A stretch of 64,000 bases of DNA from Octopus vulgaris (GCA_951406725.2 OX597815.1:119040001-119104000); one strand, 5' to 3'; shown: positions 1-33,565, numbered from the stretch's first letter. Made by a program: numbers and translations. The notes: a model not told the origin generated them from the letters alone.

Positions 1-401
1 AGCAACTAAAAAAGTTCAAAATATTTTAGAGTTACTTCCCTTAAAGAGATTGAAAGATTTTTGTAATTGAAAGAAATAAAGGAATAGACTAATACTTCCC
101 GTCAAACTGCCAATCAATGTAATTCAAAGTCACACTTAGAATGATGGATCTTGAAATATGTGCATGTTTGTGTGTTCGCGCGCGTGTGCGTGTGTGTGTG
201 ATTGTGTGTGGGTGTGGGTGTGGGTTTGTCTCTGATATGTGTGTGTGTGTGTATGTATGTATATATATATATATATTAATCAGCCGAAATTGCTAGGATG
301 ATCCGGTTCTTGACTAAAGATTGAAGGCTTCGAATGTTCCGTCCGTGTTTTTTGTATCGTCTTCTAAATATTTTACGTTCTTGTCCCAGTTTGTATTTTT
401 C

Positions 402-477
<76 letters not shown>

Positions 478-489
478 ACATACACACAA

Positions 490-1540
490 AACAATGAATA
501 CAGGATTCCTCTGTGTATCGCTTTTGCCGATTACAAAAAGGCATTTAAACGCATCGAGGCGAAAGCAGCATAGACATTTCTGGTAGTGCAAGGTGTCGTG
601 ACGCAATATATCAAACTGCTCAGATATGCGAACCCTGGATTCAGTACAGATATAGCTCTGCTATCACCACTAGTAAGGGTTCCTATTGGAAAGGGTATGA
701 AGCAAGGAGATACTGTTTCTCCAAAGCTCTTTACCACATGTCATCAGGGACGTTGAATGAACATCAATGGCGAACAACTAACAAACCTACGATTCGCAGA
801 TGACATGTACTCATCGCTGAAACCACAGGCAAGCTGCAGACTATACTGACAGAGCTGGGCACTCATAGCTAAGTAGTAGGTCTTAAAATGAACTTCACGA
901 AATCAAACTATATGCGGTTGGATGACGTAGCAAAAGACCGAATAGAAGTGGGAAGCGATTTGGGCAAACAGTGATTATACGCCGAGATATGGATGCTGAA
1001 ATCTCAAAGAGAGTAAAGGCAGAATAGAGGAGGTATTCAAATCAAATACAGACAATGCCATACGTGCCAGACTTTTCAGTAACAACATCATACTTGCACT
1101 TTTATACGCTAGTGAGAAGTGGGCTACAACTAAGAGGATAGAACATTGATTGGCTACGAAACAAAGGGTCGTGGAAAGATCCGTGCTAGGAACATCATGA
1201 CAAGAGGACATTCGAAATGAAATCATTCGAGAACGGAGTGGAGTGAACAGTACAATCTCAGAATACCGAAAGCACAAATTTCGCTGGGCCAGACAGGCCG
1301 CAAGGCTCACAGACAGCAGATGGGCCTACGCAGTTTCCGAGTGGTTTCTAACAGATCAGAAAAGGCTACATAGAAGACTTCAATGACGATGGGAAGTTGA
1401 TTTAGCTAAGTTATTTAAGTCAAGATGGAAAAGAATAGCGCAATCAAGACAAAACTGGAAACGCCTGAAGACTAGCGGTGTATAATAGCATCTGATGATC
1501 TGGCCTATACTGTGCGGCACTGTGCGATACTGTGCGATAA
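490..1540 (+). mobile_element. 5'-truncated, decayed RTE-clade LINE (RT domain and C-terminus)
   Basis: Broken translation gives RT motifs NEYRIPLCIAFADYKKAF, GMKQGDTVSPKLFT and LTNLRFADD, then RTE-type C-terminal motifs (LLYASEKW; KFRWA). It has stops and frameshifts and ends in a short tandem tail (ACTGTGCG..)x3. Confidence 0.8.
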
Positions 1541-1551
1541 TACACTATAAA

Positions 1552-1618
<67 letters not shown>

Positions 1619-1853
1619 TGTGTTTCGATGTGCGCACGCGTAGAAAGGGAGAGAAAGAGAGAAAAAAACGAGAGAGAAAGTGAGGGAGAAGTACAGTTAT
1701 ACAAGCATAAATTCTTGATTTATAAAAATTGTCTCCGCCTCTAGAGGATGTATCCTAATTACGAAATAGCAATTAAGACCAGCTCCACTTGAGAAGGGGA
1801 GACGACAATCTGGACAATCAAGATTTCTCCAAAGCTGACATGCCCCTCCCCCA

Positions 1854-1904
<51 letters not shown>

Positions 1905-2140
1905 ACATACATACATACATACATACATACATACATACATACATACATACATACATACATACATACATACATACATACATACGCGCACGCACTTAAATAT
2001 GTTGATGATAGGAAGACGCGCGTCCAAGAATCTGTATGTCATATCAACGTGTGAAAATAATCACGAGAATGTGAAACGCTTTTAAAAGAATGCACCGCTA
2101 AATAATAATAATGATTTGAAATATATTTTCGATTCTTTAG

Positions 2141-23395
<21,255 letters not shown>

Positions 23396-23721
23396 AACTT
23401 ATTGAGAAATTACGAATATTAATCATTAATTAATGATTGACGTTTAATTCTCAATGCTTACGAAATATTTACATTTATGAATGTTTTCTTTATAAAAAAA
23501 AAGTGATTGCTTAAACTCTGATTACTCAATATAGATCGCTGATGCTCTCTCTTGCTTTTTGTCACACTTCTTATTCATTCACCTCTCTGCCTATCTCATT
23601 CTGTATGTGTGTGTATGTATGTATGTATGTATGTATGTATGTATGTATGTATGTATGTATGTATGTATGGATGGATGGATGGATGGATGGATGGATGGGT
23701 GGATGCATGTATGTGTGTGTG

Positions 23722-23767
<46 letters not shown>

Positions 23768-23868
23768 CATATTTATAATAAGAGTAGATCGTATACGAGT
23801 GGGTATATATTTGTAAAAAAGAAGTTTGAAAACGCCACTATATTAGATAACTTTTAATTTTCTTGTGA

Positions 23869-23913
23869 ATTTTACATGTTTCGGTTCTTGAAAAAACGAA
23901 CCTTATCAAAAAT
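23869..23913 (-). ncRNA. Degenerate minimal hammerhead ribozyme (Penelope-type remnant)
   Basis: Minus strand AUUU-UUGAUAA-GGUUC..GAACC-GAAACAUGUA-AAAU: stem II and the GAAAC/GUA core are intact, while the CUGAUGA box has two changes. Confidence 0.45.
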
Positions 23914-24094
23914 ATTATAGAAAGAAAAGTGCAATAGAAAAGTTCATAATTGTTTCTTACTGGTCTCAATAGAATCCATGTGGTGGTGTTTTGTCGGTAG
24001 TTGGTATAATCGCTATATTATAGTTGAGTGTAGTAAAGAAGTTCATTATTGTTTCTTGCTGGTATCAAAAGTAACCGGGTGCTTGTTTTTTTTG

Positions 24095-24415
24095 TTTCCT
24101 TGTGTTCCAATGGAATGGTAGCAGCAGTAGTGATTGTTGGTCGTAGTAGTAGTAACCGTGGCGGTGGTTGGGGTTGCGGCTAAGTTGTGGCAGTCCTAGC
24201 AGCAGCAGTATGTCCAGTGGCTTAAATGGCAGTAGTAGCAGTTACTGTTGGTCGTAGTTTTGGCAACCGTGGTGGTTGGGGTTGTAGCAGTTAAGCTGTG
24301 GCCGTAGCAGCAGCAGTAGAGGACTGTTGATCGTAGCAGCAATAGTAGTGACCACGGTGGTTGTAGTAGTAGTGATAGTGGAAGCAGTCGTAGTGATCGT
24401 GGTGGTTGTGGTAGA
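24095..24415. repeat. Degenerate GTA/GCA/GTG-rich minisatellite
   Basis: Repeated blocks such as gtagcagcagtag..gttggtcgtag..aaccgtgg..gttggggttg. Confidence 0.6.
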
Positions 24416-24433
24416 ATTTCAATATATATATAT

Positions 24434-25055
24434 AGTGGAAAGAAACTCGGGGAGAGCGTAACAGCAGGTGGTCCTCAGAGGAGAAGTGTTTCGTCCCTTA
24501 ACTCCTGACACTCTAGCGGGGTCCCGGATGTCCATCTGCTGTCCGTTTTAGTACGCCTCGGGTGGGATTGGTTTCTCTGGTTTCTAGCACAGCTGTGACG
24601 TGTGCTGCAGCCCTGAGAAGAGCTAAGTACTCGTTTCCAGCTGGATACACTGGCGACCCAGGTGTGAGGATTCTTTTTTCTCACGGTCCCAACGGGATTC
24701 GAACCCGGATCGCTGGCTCCGGAGGCGCAAGCCTACACGATTACGCCAATCTGGCACTCGCTTGAATTGGAACAAATTAAGCTTTTTGAAGTTGGCCTTT
24801 GTTCCTCCTAGACCAGATCCAACTTGAAGCCTTCTCCGCCGCTTCTCCCATGGCACTCAAGGTTCTAGTCCTGCTTCTTCCAGAGATGGACAGCTGTTTC
24901 ATGAGGCTGTAAGCAGATGAGCCTACAAATCCCCTGACGCCAACCTCGACTACGGAGACTTTGGCTTTGAATCCAGCGTCCCTCAGGTCTCTGGCCAAGT
25001 CGGCGTACTTTTCTGTCTTGTAGACATAGCCATCTTCACTTCTGGTTTCGTAAGG
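24434..25055 (-). mobile_element. 3' end of a restriction-like-endonuclease non-LTR retrotransposon (HERO/NeSL-like)
   Basis: PYETRSEDGYVYKTEKYADLARDL..VEVGVRGF..AEKASSWIWSRR is a typical RLE C-terminus (K..KY, EVG.RGF). Stop at 24777-24779, then a 3' UTR ending at a (TA)n tract. Confidence 0.8.
24685..24755 (-). pseudogene. tRNA-like sequence (Arg-CCG-like loop) in the LINE 3' UTR
   Basis: GCCAGATTGGCGTAATCG...CTCCGGA...CCGGGTTCGAATCCCG: A box, a 7-nt loop with CCG and a perfect T-arm. The acceptor stem is unpaired. Confidence 0.65.
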
Positions 25056-25514
25056 ATGTGCAGCCTAGGTAGGCAAGATAGGCAGTGCCTGCTTTGAATA
25101 AAATAAACTGATCGCCACATTTTCCTTTTATGGCAAAAAATGCACCTAATTCAATAAAATTTTGAAGTTTACTCTGATTACTGTGCATAAAATGCAAAAT
25201 ATTTTATGTTTTTGTAGATTAGGTAGGCATAATTCGCCCTTGCTTTTCAATCTCAGTATTTAAGCTATGCATAGTACTGCTGTAGTACACGTGCTGCGTG
25301 CACTCCTATAACATCGTTTTCTTTACGTGCTATAAAGGCAGAAGTAAATCTGCCTTCAACTCAGTCGCTGGCCTGTGCTTCGCTTATTTTTCGTATGTTT
25401 TATTACATAAAGGTCACCAACTGCCTACCCTGAGTAATAATTGACGGCACGTGCCTGATATATATAACCACTTATATTATTGTTGTTGTTATAATCAACT
25501 ATTTATATTACCTA

Positions 25515-25533
25515 TATAATAATAATAATAATG

Positions 25534-25630
<97 letters not shown>
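25515..25630. repeat. (AAT)n microsatellite, left target flank of the Dong element
   Basis: Nearly pure AAT run directly abutting the element; (AAT)n resumes at about 29843-29900. Confidence 0.95.
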
Positions 25631-28600
25631 GAGAGAACACCAGGGACGTTTAAGATGTGAGAACGATAAAACAGTGCTCCGAAATCTATCCACAAACATC
25701 GAAAACAAAGACATCGTATGGAGCCAAAAATTTACTGACAAAGGATTGGACTATATCCGAGTAAGTAATACTCATTGAAATTTATTACTATTTTCGAAAC
25801 GAAATGATGTATTTTAACTCGATATCATCTTCACCTCTAACACAACATATGTACACATGCGTGAACCATTACGATCCATCAACACCAGATCATCCCCGAC
25901 CCCAAACACCATGTACAAAAAAACTACGAAGAAATTAAATAACACTGATATTATTCAACCCAAGAATAACAATCGAGAAGTACGTACTTTAAACTTACAA
26001 CATAAAATGCACGAAAAACTACACGTGCAAAACAATGTGACAACAGAAAGGAACGGACCGGGACCCTACGAAAATGACGACCGTCAAAATAATGGGCCGG
26101 ACGTTGTTCCTCATGTCCCGCAAATACAACCCAAAAGACATAAATGGACACGTGAGGAATACATTTCTATCCTACACGCTTACTTTACAGCAGTGCTCTA
26201 CCCAAAGAATGAAAACACAACAACACATATATATAAAATATGAAAGGAAAATAACATAAATATGGACTTGGATACAGCAATGAACCCTAATAAACTAGCT
26301 AACGTACGAAGATAGATTCTCAACACAAAAAAAAATATCAGAAATAGAAATAGAATATTTAAAAGAAAAAATACATCAGGAAAATGTAGATAGAAGCCAC
26401 ACAACAATGCCCAATAATATAAACACTGAAACAGTAAAACACGAAGACAAACGTAACATTCCCAACAAACACGATGTAAACAAAAAACAACAAACCCAGA
26501 CCGTAAGGATGCATAATAATACACGACAAACAGCAAGCCAAAACACGACAAACAAACATACAAATGAGAAAGAAAGCGACACAAATCTAAAACCTGGAAA
26601 CAACGAAGGGGAGCCTAATGATTATGATAATATAAAAAGTAGAATAATCAAAGAACTGAAAACCACAGAGCTCAAAATGGACCACCGACCATACCTCCCA
26701 AAAATCAAAATAGACAAAACAACAACACCAATTATAAACAGCATAAACCTAGCCGTCACGGAACTAATAGCCACTGAAACAAAAAGCGATATCACTGAGC
26801 TAAATGACTTAGTATACGCAGCAGCCACTGCAGCCACAAAAGAAGCTGGATACTCACTCAAACCCATCCAAACAGGAGTACCACCACCCAAACAAACCCT
26901 GTAGATAAATAACATCCAAAACAAATTACAAAAAATGAGAAAAGATCTGTCGATTCTTAATGAAATCAGTAGACAATCAACGCTACTGAGCAACAAAAAA
27001 AAATACTCCGCAAATACAACATCACAGAAAAAGATTTACCTGAGATAAAAGAAAAGCTAAAGCAAGATATCCTTGCCAAAGCACAAAGGATCTGCTGGTA
27101 CGAGAAACGAGAAACGCCAACGTTTCTTTGAACAAAACAAAAAGTTCAACTCCAACCCCAAAATTTTTTACCAAGAACTTGGCAAAAATAAAATAGAAAT
27201 CACCGCAGCACCAACGGCAGAAGAAGTGGAAGAATTCTGGAGAGAAATATGGTCGGCGAACGAACAACCAAAAAAAAGGAGTATTAAAACAACAAACTCA
27301 GCATTTGAGCAACTTTGGACCCCCATAACAACTGAAGAGATCCCCCAGGCACTGCAAAGACTAAGCAACTAGAAGGCACCTGGGCATGACAAGATCCCCA
27401 ACTTCTGGTTGAAATATCCAACAGAAATGCACAAAAAGCTGGCTGAAAACTTTAACAACATACTAGCAGAGCCAGAGACAATGCCTGAATAGCTCACGAA
27501 GGGAAAAACCATCTTAATTCCTAAATCAAATGAGACAGCAAAACCAGAAAACTACAGACCTATAACCTGTCTCCCTACAATGTACAAGGCATTTACTGCA
27601 GTGATATCGCAAAGATTGAAGAAGCACCTGGACGAAAACAACCTGTTTCCAGAAGAGCAGAAAGGATGCCGCAAAGGCTCATATGGCTGTAAAGATCAAC
27701 TAATGATCAATAAAGCCATAACTGAAGACAGCCACAGAAAGAAGAAAGGCCTCAGTATGGCCTGGATCAACTACAAAAAGGTATTTGATAGCATCCCCCA
27801 CACATGGATCCTCGAAACACTAGCCATTAACAAAGTAGCACGAACAATTATAAAATTCATAGAACACTCTATGAATAAATGGCAAACAGTGCAACAGCTC
27901 CAGACAAAAGAGGGACTCATGAAAACCAAAGCCATCCCCATTAGAAGAGGAATATTCCAGGGAGACACGCTCTCTCCACTCCTTTTCTGCTTGGCACTGT
28001 CACCTCTATCTGATATGCTAAATAGAACTGGATGCGGATATAAATGTTACGGCAAAACGATCAGCCACCTTTTATATATGGATGACCTAAAACTATACGC
28101 TGCAAATGACAAACAGCTGGAAACACTATTAAAGACAGTTCATGGATTTACCAAAGAAATAGATATGAAATTTGGATTAGAAAAATGCGCCAAAGTAACC
28201 CTGAAAAGAGGAAAACTAGTTAAGAGTAGCAACATCACACTAGATAAAACCAATGAAATAAAAGAATTAGACCAAAGCCAAACTTACAAATACTTAGGAA
28301 TCCATGAACTAGATAAGACACAACACACACAAATGAAAGAGAAAATAAAAAAAGAATATTATAGACGAGTTAGATCAATACTAAAAACAGAGCTCAATGC
28401 TAAAAACAAGATAATAGGTATTAACACTTTAGCTGTCCCAGTTATAAGTTACAGCTACAATATCCTTAACTGGACACTAAATGAACTGACGAAAATAGAT
28501 AGGAAAACAAGAAAAATAATGACAGGATCTAGGATGCATCACCCAAAATCTGACATAGAAAAACTATATATACAACGTATAGAAGGTGGTAGAGGCCTTA

Positions 28601-29836
28601 TACAGCTGGAAAACTACTATAAAATAACCACCATAGGACTGCAAAAATATCTACTTCAGAAGGAAGGAAAACTGATACAAATAGCGGCAAAACACGAGCA
28701 AAACAAAAAGCTGTTCTCAGTATTTAAGGAAGCTGACAAATACAAACAAGAAATCATATGCCCTAACAAATATGAAGAAGAAGAAGAAGAAGAAGAAGAA
28801 GAAGAAGAAGAAGAAGAAGAAGAAGAAAAAGAAGAAGAAGAAGAAGAAGAAGAAGAAGAAGAAGAAGAAGAAGAAGAAGAAGAAGAAGAAGAAGAAGAAG
28901 AAGAAGAAGAAACTATAAAACAAATGAAATCCAAACTAAAAATAGAACAGCAAAGAACCATGATAAAACGATGGCAAGAAAAGCCCCTTCATGGTAAATA
29001 CTGGACTAAACTAAATGCAAAAGAAATAGACAAAGAAAAATCCCAGCAATGGTTGAGAAGCTCAGGACTCAAAGCAGAGACAGAGGAATTTTTAATTGCA
29101 GCACAAGACCAAAGCCTCCCCACCAGAAATTACCAAAAACATGTAATGAAAAGAAATATAACAAGTAACTGCAGAATATGTGGAGATGGACAAGAAACAA
29201 TAAATCATATTATCTCTGACTGCCCAGTCCTGGCTAAGAAGGAATATATTCACAGACATGACAGAGTTGAGACCTACATACACTGGAAGCTATGCCAACA
29301 TTATGGAATAACAACAGAAAAAAGATGGTTTAAGCACACACCAGAAAAGGTCACAGAAAACGAGAAAGCAACCATACTCTGGGATATGCCGATACACACA
29401 GATAGAGAAATTAAGGCCAACAGACCAGATATAGTTGTCAGAGATCATGAAGAAAACAAATGCTTTCTAATTGATGTATCAATACCAGCAGATGACAACG
29501 TGTCTCTAAAAAAAATGGAGAAACTTTCAAAATACAAAGACCTGGAGATAGAGGTAACCAGAATGTGGAATCTAAAAACAGAAACAATTCCTATCATAGT
29601 AGGTGCATTAGGCATGATAAAAAAATATTCAGACAAATACATAACAAAAACACCAGAACTTACAAACACATATAACATACAGAAAATTGCACTACTAGGC
29701 ACTGCACACATCCTACGCAGAACACTTTCCATACAGTAAGCATCAGAGCATCACAACAAATCACAGCACATACCCAAGGCACACAGTGCTGCGCTCGGTA
29801 GTGAAGTGAAAGCACGCTATAAAAATAAAACTACTG
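25631..29836 (+). mobile_element. Near-full-length R4/Dong-clade non-LTR retrotransposon (RT, CCHC zinc knuckle, RLE), inactivated
   Basis: ORF 27580-29739 has GIFQGDTLSPLLF, HLLYMDDLKLY, CRICGDGQETINHIISDC, RHD, PDIV..ID..EKLSKY and IIVGALG. Upstream frames are broken by stops and frameshifts. AATAAA lies near the 3' end. It is inserted in (AAT)n, the known Dong-type target. Confidence 0.93.
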
Positions 29837-29842
29837 AAGAAC

Positions 29843-29880
<38 letters not shown>

Positions 29881-29919
29881 TAATAATAATAATAATAATA
29901 ACAATATACATACACACAC

Positions 29920-29977
<58 letters not shown>

Positions 29978-30029
29978 GCATATGTATTGTATATGTCAAA
30001 AGCATTTAGAAACTTTGAAAGACATGAAA

Positions 30030-30383
30030 TAATTCGTTTTAACTTGAGAGCTTGAAGTAGATAAAGCTGTAAATAATAGCATGTAAAATTTAGGAATCTT
30101 TTGGGATAGAAAAAGCCGGAGTCTGCGTGTAAAACTCGAACTCACAACTTCTGTAAGCGTGACAAACGTTCTACCATAGAATCAAAACAATCCTTCGAAA
30201 TTCTCTATCCATTTTATAAGCGTTCTTTTTACGAGCGAGAATTATGTGCTGCTGGCGTCATAAGAATTTAGAAAATTCGAGAGACATGCAACAATTTCTT
30301 TTTCACTGTAGAACTCGAAGTAGGACGATTTACATGCTATTACAACTTTATCTACTTCAAGTTCTACAGTTAAAAACGAATTA
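30030..30383. mobile_element. Small inverted-repeat element enclosing a reversed tRNA-like head
   Basis: Arms 30030-30087 and 30329-30383 are reverse complements. Minus strand 30121-30176 reads TGGTAGAACG...GTGAGTTCGAGTT. Confidence 0.5.
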
Positions 30384-31139
30384 TATATATATATAATATT
30401 GGAAAACTTTTTGGGCATTATTCATTCCGCGTTACACATGATTCATATTTTAATAGGAGTTGCAAAGGTATACATGTAAAAAAAAAACAAAAAAAAAAAA
30501 CATGAGAGACATCTATTTGAAATTCATTACAGAGAAGTTTTCAACTCTTATGCATGTCTCATAAATTGTACCATCTACATACAATTTTGGAATACTGGAA
30601 TGTTCACATGTGCTTCATGAGGATACCGCTTCAACTATAACCTCATCTACATACGATACACGCACACATACACTCATACACACACACTCACTTGTAATCC
30701 TTAAGTCGGGTTGTTATACCACCCACTCTGGTATAGCAGTATAGTTAGTGAGACAAGTAAAGACCACGACTATCTAAGACTGTCTACTACATACCCTCTC
30801 CTTATACTGACCGACATCACATTATTTATAGCAACTATCACATACCACTGGTCACGTGGGACGGGTGTATCCTTATTACTATTATCCCCACAACATTTCC
30901 CCTTTTAAGCTTTTCTTTTTTTTCTTAGGGAGTGTCATTTTATTTCTTTTAATAGCAATACTTTTTATATCACCTCACCTCCCCTTTTAAAGAGTTTTTA
31001 GAGTAAGTATGGTGACAACTCCGGACGTGTTTGGGGCTTGTTAAACTTCTTCAGCGAAGACATGTTTTTATCATATCATACGACTGAATTTCACTTTTCC
31101 GATAGTTAACAAAGATCAAATTACACAAATATACACACG

Positions 31140-31225
<86 letters not shown>

Positions 31226-31959
31226 CACACGCACACAATATATATTCATACATTTACAGATGTTTACACACAGCATACACACGTACATACATACATATAT
31301 ACCTACACGCATGTGTGTGTGCGCGCACACACGCTCGCGTGTATGTAGTTATAGAGTACATAGACTGTGCGAAACTAGGCAGCAATGCAGTTGTAGTTCA
31401 TCTAAGCGAGATATTTAATCACAGGTAATACACAATGACCCAGCAGGTGGTCGGTACAATGGTTTTATGCATGTGAATTTAATAAAGGAGACTACATTTT
31501 AAGAAAGAATAAAATTTTTATCAGAAACCCTGACTTACATTTGATTCCAGGAGAGTACTTAAAAAACAGCAATGGATGACATTAGTAGGGTTGATAAGGT
31601 GTCTACTGAAATGAAATAGATACTATGTGTTAATACTCCGTGCTGTTGCATGGGGTGTGCAGAGTGTGTGAACCACACATGGTAGCAACTTTATATACGT
31701 GTATTTGTTGTAGTCGAAGGTATGTTACTTTTCAAGGAGAAGGCGGTCGGTTTGGCTGCTGCACGGAGCGAATAAAACCCATGCTACACCTCTTCTGATT
31801 TTTAACATGGTATTCGGCAACAGCTTGACGGTACTGATTCCAGTTTGACTAGACACTCCATTTCTAGATTTTAAAGAAAAAGAAATATGAAATTAATTGT
31901 GATATTTATGCTGTTTTAAAGGGAATTGAATGTGAGAATAAAAAGAAGAATAACTTCAA

Positions 31960-32810
31960 ACAGAGATTGACACCACGAAGCTGGTTCAAGATGCAGCCAT
32001 TAGTGTCGATGTGGCTGAGAACATTTAAACTATCCTTAGCTGAACAATCCACAACTGCTATAATTTACTATGGGTATATAGATGACATTAATATTCTAGT
32101 TAGGACAAACTCTAGTAACTCTAGTGTAGAAACCGAGGAGAACATAATGGAGAGCATCCAGCACATAGCTAACTCAATCCACCAAAGTATCAAGGTAACT
32201 ATAGATTACCCTACCAGGCACCCTAACAATAAACTTCCTGTCCTTGATACTGAGCTTTGGTTAAAGATTGTGAACACCAGAGTGCTGCTCCTCTCCTCCT
32301 ATTACATGAAGCCCATAACTTCTAAATATGTTGTTCACAAGAACTCAGCTTTGTCACACAACATGAAAATCAACATACTGATAACAGACTCAGCTAGCAT
32401 AATGAACAATACGCTAACCCTATGAAATTTAGTTAGCATAATGAACATATGCTAACCCTATGAAACATGTACAGAACTTCATGCACTGCATGCACTTCTC
32501 TGGACATGATCAGAAAGATAGGGTTCGGGTATACAGGGGAGCTAGAAAGAAGTTAGTTAGCATTATATGTAATGAAACCAGTGGTACCTGCCCTAGATAC
32601 AGAAGTAAAGATTGGAATGGAATACAGAGAGTTTGTGACAAAGCAAGCAAGGTGACACATGGTACAAGACAGACATATATCAAGGAGTGATGTTTGTAGA
32701 GGCTACAGCCCATGGAGAGCAAGTCTGAAGATTTAGGAAAGTTCTGAAGGAGGCCAGACTCAACATTAAGATCGTTGAAAAGCCAGGGAGCTTCATCAAG
32801 TCAGTTATGT
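31960..32810 (+). mobile_element. Decayed Penelope-like element, RT C-terminal/thumb region
   Basis: YGYIDDINI..IKVTIDYP..KLPVLDTELW..YYMKP..VHKNSAL..MHFSGHD..PRYRSKDW..VMFVEAT..IKIVEKPG, with stops and frameshifts. Confidence 0.7.
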
Positions 32811-32814
32811 AGGA

Positions 32815-33160
32815 CGTACCTCTTTGAGAATTTCCATGCGTTCGGCTATGCATAGCTTTTAGCGTTTCGTTCCATTGATGTACAGACCCAGAAGGTGGAA
32901 GATTTTCCATGATATCGCGTATGGAATTCCATCTTCCTTCAGTTGCCAGATATGGCTGGCCGGCGATGTTACATATCTCCTTTCTGGGACCCTGAAGGTG
33001 GATCTATGGCTGGAAAGACGTTTCTTAAAGGAAGTTCCCGTGCATCCAATATATTTCCTTGGATGCATGGAGTCGGTGTCGTGCCTACAGAACGGAGATT
33101 TTCGGGTTGTGCCTGCATTTCAGGAGATTCCTATTAGCGTTGTGGGAACCGCATAATAGC
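32815..33160 (-). mobile_element. Penelope-like GIY-YIG endonuclease fragment (opposite strand)
   Basis: YIGCTGTSFKKRLSSHRSTF..SHIWQLKE..ISWKI..NGTKR*KLCIAERMEIL. Confidence 0.75.
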
Positions 33161-33565
33161 AATAATAGCAATATTAGCGATAATTACACCACAACTAGAA
33201 ATTGATTGCTGATGAGAGTGGGAGATAACCTCCTACCTAATCCTCATAGCCAACAGGTGGCGTAGCTGAAGGAGGACGATACAGCCGGAAGCTGATGACC
33301 AGCAGCAAAAGGAGATAACCCCCATTGTTTATGTCTCTATCGTTTCCCCCTCCATATTTTAAAGAAGTACCCTTTATGGCGAGAAACCCAGCGTAACTCT
33401 ATAAACCGGCATTTACCAGTAATGTATATATATTCTTTTATTTGTTTCAGTCATGTGACTGCGGCCATGCTGGAGCACCGCCTTCAGTCGAACAAATCGA
33501 CCCTAAGACATATTCTTTGTAAGCCTAGTACTTATTCTATCGGTCTCTTTTTCAGAACTGCTAAC

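Noticed and set aside
25060-25460. Possible hAT-type MITE
   Set aside because: There is only weak sub-terminal similarity (ggtaggca/tgcctacc), and no clear TIR pair or TSD could be defined.
27580-29739. Domesticated or active RT gene
   Set aside because: The upstream part of the same ORF has multiple stops and frameshifts, and the first catalytic Asp is Asn.
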